Source: an uncultured delta proteobacterium (GTDB taxonomy: Bacteria > Myxococcota_A > Polyangia > Fen-1088). From it: a stretch of DNA of 64,000 nt. This document shows positions 61,799 through 64,000 of this stretch, piece by piece; positions within the stretch are counted from its first letter, which is position 1; each line of letters starts with the position of its first letter. The notes beneath the pieces were generated by a model, which saw only the letters and a program-made list of their open reading frames with translations, was not told the origin of the DNA and did not search any database. The stretch covers positions 352,001-416,000 of the forward strand of contig CAWCMR010000005.1 in assembly GCA_963796685.1 (NCBI GenBank), in the 5' to 3' direction. Both the position numbers and the translations under genes were made by a program.

Positions 61799-63136
61799 TT
61801 GCGCGATCTCCGCGGGTTGGGCTCGTTGAAGAAGAAACTCACTCTGGCACCGCTGGTGGCGGCGACCTACTTCATGGTCGCCGGGGGTCCGTACGGTCTC
61901 GAGGAGCTGCTGCACAAGAGCGGCTACCAGGCCGCCGTCGCCATCTTGTTGCTCGTGCCCCTGCTGTGGTGCGTGCCCACCACCCTGATGGTCGGCGAGC
62001 TGGCCAGCGCTTTGCCCGAGGAGGGCGGCTACTACGTATGGGTCCGGCGCGCACTGGGGCCGTTCTGGGGCTTTCAAGAAGCGTGGCTCTCCCTGTGCGC
62101 CAGCGTATTCGACATGGCCATCTACCCCACCCTGTTCGTGCTGTATCTCGGCCGGATGTGGCCGGGCGTCGTCAGCGGACCGGCGGCTTTGACTATCGGC
62201 GTAGGCGTGGTGGTCACGTGCGCGGCCGTGAACCTGCGTGGCGCGCGCACCGTGGGTGGCGCCTCCGAGTGGATGGCCGTGCTGCTGCTCGGGCCCTTCG
62301 CGATCCTGTGCGCGCTGGCCTGGTTCGGACCGGCCCACCCGGCAGCCGTCCAGCCGGTCGTTGGTGCGCGCGGTGGCAACTTCCTGGGCGGTGTGCTCAT
62401 CGCCATGTGGAACTTCATGGGTTGGGACAACGCCTCGACCGTGGCCGGCGAGGTGGAGCGTCCGCGGCGCGACTATCCGCGGGCCATGCTGGCCGCCACC
62501 GCGCTCGTCGTGCTGACCTATGTCGTTCCGGTCCTGGCCGCGCCACGAACCGGCCTTTCGCCCGAGGCGTGGACGACGGGTTCGTGGGTGGACGCCGGAC
62601 GCCTCCTCGGCGGAGCGCCGCTGGCGCTGGCCATCGCGGTGGGCGGCATGGCGTGCGGCCTGGGCATGATGGACGCGCTCGTCATGTCCTACTCGCGCCT
62701 GCCCATGGTGATGGCCCAGGAGGGCTACCTGCCGCGCATCTTCGCGCGCCAGCTCCCCGGTACGGGAGCGCCGTGGGTGTCCATCGTCGGCTTGTCCATC
62801 GCCTGGTCCCTGGCCCTGACCTTGGGGTTCGAGCGGCTCATCGAGCTGGACGTGATTCTGTACGGCCTGGCGTTGGTGCTGGAATTCTTGGCCCTGGTGG
62901 TTCTGCGCGTGCGCGAGCCCGACCTACCCCGCCCTTTCCGCGTTCCAGGTGGAATACCCGCGACGGCGCTTCTCGGCGTGGGGCCCGCCGTGCTCCTCGC
63001 CCTCGCCTTCGCCGGCGAACACCACGATCACCCGGACCAGATCGGCGGCGTGGTTCTCGGCGTGGGCCTGGCCTTCGCCGGACCGATGGTCTACGCCGTG
63101 GCGGCCGGATTCCGCCGCCTCGCGCGGCCTGGGTAG
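61799..63136 (+). CDS. APC-family amino acid permease
   Basis: VAGGPYGLE, ELASALPEEGGYY.W, WNFMGWD, YPRA. Confidence 0.9.
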   Translation: MRDLRGLGSLKKKLTLAPLVAATYFMVAGGPYGLEELLHKSGYQAAVAILLLVPLLWCVPTTLMVGELASALPEEGGYYVWVRRALGPFWGFQEAWLSLCASVFDMAIYPTLFVLYLGRMWPGVVSGPAALTIGVGVVVTCAAVNLRGARTVGGASEWMAVLLLGPFAILCALAWFGPAHPAAVQPVVGARGGNFLGGVLIAMWNFMGWDNASTVAGEVERPRRDYPRAMLAATALVVLTYVVPVLAAPRTGLSPEAWTTGSWVDAGRLLGGAPLALAIAVGGMACGLGMMDALVMSYSRLPMVMAQEGYLPRIFARQLPGTGAPWVSIVGLSIAWSLALTLGFERLIELDVILYGLALVLEFLALVVLRVREPDLPRPFRVPGGIPATALLGVGPAVLLALAFAGEHHDHPDQIGGVVLGVGLAFAGPMVYAVAAGFRRLARPG

Positions 63137-63413
63137 TAAGAGCCAGCCCTTTCAAGGTGTTCGCTGGGCCTAGATCCTCGCCTCTCCCCGACGGTCCCCG
63201 ACGGGGAGAGGCCGACGACGTCTGCGTCGGCGGGTGAGGGGGCACTCGCGCAAGGGCGACTTCTTCTGCCCCTCACCGGCCGCGCTTCGCGCGGCGCCCT
63301 CTCCCCGCGTGACCGCGGGGCGAGGGGATGTGGCCGCTGCGCGGCCTCCGGGAAGCAAATCCCGGTTTCAGGTGCGGGCCTCTCAACACCTTGAAAGGGC
63401 TGGCACCTACTAC
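63133..63413. mobile_element. MITE-like element with terminal inverted repeats enclosing a REP pair
   Basis: Perfect 20-bp IR GCCAGCCCTTTCAAGGTGTT (63142-63161) / 63385-63404, extendable to 29 bp with 2 mismatches. Confidence 0.65.
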
Positions 63414-63426
63414 GGATGGCGGCCTT

Positions 63427-64000
63427 CTAGTGGTGATATAGGATCGGTGCGCGCTTGCCTTGCGCGGCGGCCACGAGGGTCTTTTCCAGACTGGCCAGGA
63501 GATCCTTGTTGCCGTCCTGGTGGTAGCCGGCCAGGCGGCGCTCGCAGTCGGGCAGGCGCTCGATGAATTGGCCGAGCCTCTCGTCATCGATCGCGTCGGC
63601 GGCCAAGCCGTAGCCCTCGCGCTCGAGGTAGCGCGCGTTCAGGACTTGCTCGAATTGACCCTGGATCGGCACCGCCAGTATGGGGCGGTGCAAGTACACC
63701 GCCTCGCCCAGCAAGGTGAAGCCCGCGCTCGCCACCACGCCAGCGGCAGTGCGGAGGTCGTCGATGAAGGTCGCCTCGGAAAAGGGCCGGAAGCGCAGGT
63801 TGCCGTCGACGAGGTCGCTCTGGATATCCCGGCGCAGGCCATAGACGCGGCACTCGCGTCCACTACGCTTCAGGATCTCGGGCAGCGCCGTGTTGGAGGT
63901 CGAGGTTTGGTACACGAGCAGGTGCCGGCCGGGCTCGGGGCGCGCGGCCAGGATCTCCGGGCGCAGGATGGGCGGGTGCAACGAGGTATTGGGCTTGCGC
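63427..64000 (-). CDS. GT-B glycosyltransferase (MJ1255/VC2487-like), 5' part outside the window
   Basis: PPILRP, LLVYQT, AGFTLLGEAVYL..P...P..GQFEQ..NA. Confidence 0.75.
   Translation of the reverse strand, partial: RKPNTSLHPPILRPEILAARPEPGRHLLVYQTSTSNTALPEILKRSGRECRVYGLRRDIQSDLVDGNLRFRPFSEATFIDDLRTAAGVVASAGFTLLGEAVYLHRPILAVPIQGQFEQVLNARYLEREGYGLAADAIDDERLGQFIERLPDCERRLAGYHQDGNKDLLASLEKTLVAAAQGKRAPILYHH

Overview
GC-rich bacterial window. Gly-rich linker lipoproteins, a myxobacterial-type LexA box and the bsh genes suggest Myxococcota/Polyangia, and MetF plus a DsrMK-like pair suggest anaerobic capacity (both inferences). The centrepiece is a split type I-G CRISPR-Cas locus: WYL regulator, cas3-cas8g-cas7g-csb2 (10.2-18.1 kb), a 7.7-kb accessory island, then cas4/1-cas2, leader and a 98-repeat array (28006-35094, counted by eye). 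The island holds TA modules and remnants, an uncharacterised toxin-like/IrrE-like pair, a DGQHR protein with partner and an SOS-boxed DUF222-HNH nuclease. Downstream is the strongest candidate for an undescribed system: two coupled splicease-like radical SAM/SPASM enzymes with a large putative substrate that has an internal Tat-lipoprotein signal and a C-terminal VYKG motif. The right half has bacillithiol genes, decayed ATPase/HEPN-MNT remnants, more TA pairs, dinB, a circularly permuted GH45 endoglucanase, DsrMK-like genes, REPs and a MITE. Four genes carry single-base frameshifts that may be assembly errors. All family calls come from motif recognition, not database searches.
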